Part shown: positions 43,880-45,309 of the stretch, piece after piece
Layout of the letters: the number at the start of each line of letters is the position of its first letter
Numbering within the stretch: the stretch's first letter is position 1
Source of the DNA: Allosphingosinicella sp.
Lineage (GTDB): Bacteria; Pseudomonadota; Alphaproteobacteria; Sphingomonadales; Sphingomonadaceae
Length of the DNA: 45,309 nt
Direction of reading: 5' to 3'
Assembly: GCA_035553755.1 (NCBI GenBank)
Contig: DATMJS010000097.1
Coordinates: 1 to 45,309, forward strand
Position numbers and translations under genes: made by a program
Notes under the pieces: generated by a model
What the model saw: the letters and a program-made list of their open reading frames with translations, nothing else
Database searches by the model: none
Told to the model about the DNA's origin: nothing

Positions 43880-45309
43880 ATGGGCGCCGCCGCTCTCGTG
43901 CGGGCTCCCGCCTTGGCTGCACGTCAAAGAAGGATTGACATCATCGAACGCCTGATCCGCCAGATGACCCTGGAAGAAAAAGCAGGGCAGCTGACCATCC
44001 ATGCCGCCGCACATGCCAGTGCGCCCGCCACCGCGGCCAACCCTGCTTCAGTGTCCGGCTCGGCCGGAGAACAGGCGCAGTCGGTGCGGGAGGGGAAAAT
44101 AGGGGCGCTTTTCAACGGTTCGAATCCGGCCTGGCACCGGCGCATGCAGGAAGTGGCCGTCGAGGAGAGCCGGCTGAAGATTCCGCTGCTCTTCGCCGCC
44201 GATGTGATCCACGGCTTCCGCACTATTTTTCCGGTCCCGCTCGCCGAAGCGGCGAGCTTCGATCCCGGGCTGGCCGAGCGGACAGCCCGCGCGGCAGCGG
44301 TCGAGGCGACCGCTGCCGGAATCGCCTGGAATTTCGCTCCGATGGTCGACATTTCCCGTGACGCCCGCTGGGGTCGCGGCGTGGAGGGAGCCGGCGAGGA
44401 TGTGCTGCTCGGCTCCCGCTTTGCTGCGGCTCGGGTCAGGGGCTTCCAAGGCAGCAAGGGGCTTGCCGACCACCAGGCGATGCTCGCCACGCCCAAGCAT
44501 CTGGCCGCTTACGGCGCGGCTGCCGGCGGCCTCGATTACAACAGCGTCGACATATCCGAACGCATGTTGCGGGAAATCTATTTTCCGCCCTTCCAGGCCG
44601 CCTTTGAGGCTGGAGCGCTTTCAACCATGGCCTCGTTCAACGAGATCAACGGCGTCCCCGCCCATGCCAATAGCTGGCTGCTGAAGGACATATTGCGCGG
44701 CGAATGGGGTTTCGAGGGCTTCGTCGTTTCCGACTATACGGGCGACATGGAGCTGATCGCCCACGGCTTCGCCGCCGACGAGCGGGAAGCCGCCAAGCTC
44801 GCTTTCCTTGCCGGCGTGGACATGAGCATGGTGAGCGGGCTCTACGCCAAGCACCTGCCGGACCTCGTGCGTACTGGCGAAGTGCCCGAAATCAGGGTGG
44901 ACGAGGCCGTCCGCCGCGTGCTTCAGATGAAGCATAAGCTCGGCCTGTTCGACGATCCGTATGGCCGGATGCGCCCTGGATTCGCAGAGGAGAGCCCGGA
45001 GCCCGCCCACCGTCCATTAGCCCGGGAAGCGGCGCGGCGATCGATTGTAATGCTGAAGAATGACGGCGTGCTGCCGCTGCCCAAATCCGGCAAGAAGATC
45101 GCGCTGATCGGTCCTTTTGCGCAGGGGCCGCATCACCTCAACGGCCCATGGGTGCTGTTCGGCGATCCCGAACATGCGATCAGCATCGAAGAGGGTATAC
45201 GCGCGGCTCTCCCGGACGGAACGGAGCTGAAAATCGCCTTGGGATCCGAGGCTGAGGCCCCCATCCAGGGCGGTATCGAAGCCGCCGTGGCGGCCGCCCG
45301 GGCCGCCGA
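43880..45309 (+). CDS. bglX: GH3 beta-glucosidase (BglX-like); 3' end outside the window; start uncertain (43840/43844/43880)
   Basis: Manual translation: MTLEEKAGQL, SRLKIPLLFAADVIHGFRTIFP, APMVDISRDARWGRGVEGAGED, KHLAAYG, WGFEGFVVSDY (nucleophile) and SIVMLKNDGVLPL. Confidence 0.93.
   Translation, partial: MGAAALVRAPALAARQRRIDIIERLIRQMTLEEKAGQLTIHAAAHASAPATAANPASVSGSAGEQAQSVREGKIGALFNGSNPAWHRRMQEVAVEESRLKIPLLFAADVIHGFRTIFPVPLAEAASFDPGLAERTARAAAVEATAAGIAWNFAPMVDISRDARWGRGVEGAGEDVLLGSRFAAARVRGFQGSKGLADHQAMLATPKHLAAYGAAAGGLDYNSVDISERMLREIYFPPFQAAFEAGALSTMASFNEINGVPAHANSWLLKDILRGEWGFEGFVVSDYTGDMELIAHGFAADEREAAKLAFLAGVDMSMVSGLYAKHLPDLVRTGEVPEIRVDEAVRRVLQMKHKLGLFDDPYGRMRPGFAEESPEPAHRPLAREAARRSIVMLKNDGVLPLPKSGKKIALIGPFAQGPHHLNGPWVLFGDPEHAISIEEGIRAALPDGTELKIALGSEAEAPIQGGIEAAVAAARAA

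Overview
High-GC alphaproteobacterial DNA that looks like Sphingomonadaceae, judged from the protein sequences and the LexA and EcfG motifs. It is a mosaic of modules with decayed IS6-family fragments at or near the boundaries. (1) 1-1043: a secreted S8 subtilase that runs off the left edge and is absent from the ORF track. (2) 1.9-20.4 kb: a starch/maltodextrin locus resembling the Caulobacter mal system. It has a TonB-dependent receptor, a LacI regulator with two candidate operators, two MFS transporters, four GH13 enzymes, a GH97 and a coupled flavin-dependent halogenase. A deletion scar here fuses an esterase remnant to a glucokinase remnant. (3) 20.4-28.3 kb: an apparent general-stress island with repeated sigma-EcfG-like promoters (GGAAC-N16/17-NGTT). 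These precede small proteins, an uncharacterised secreted gene pair and a Ku-less ligD with a divergent conserved partner; a hybrid kinase also lies here. (4) 28.4-35.1 kb: an SOS module with imuA-imuB-dnaE2 behind a LexA box, a decayed SRAP gene, and an unannotated 45-aa ORF coupled to a thermonuclease. (5) 35.9-39.7 kb: an ScsB/DsbD plus peroxiredoxin-like pair, a PDZ protein and an adhesin-E-like protein. (6) A second TonB receptor between IS6 remnants, then a GH3 beta-glucosidase running off the right edge. I saw no rRNA, tRNA or CRISPR array. All family calls come from motif recognition by eye; no database searches were run.
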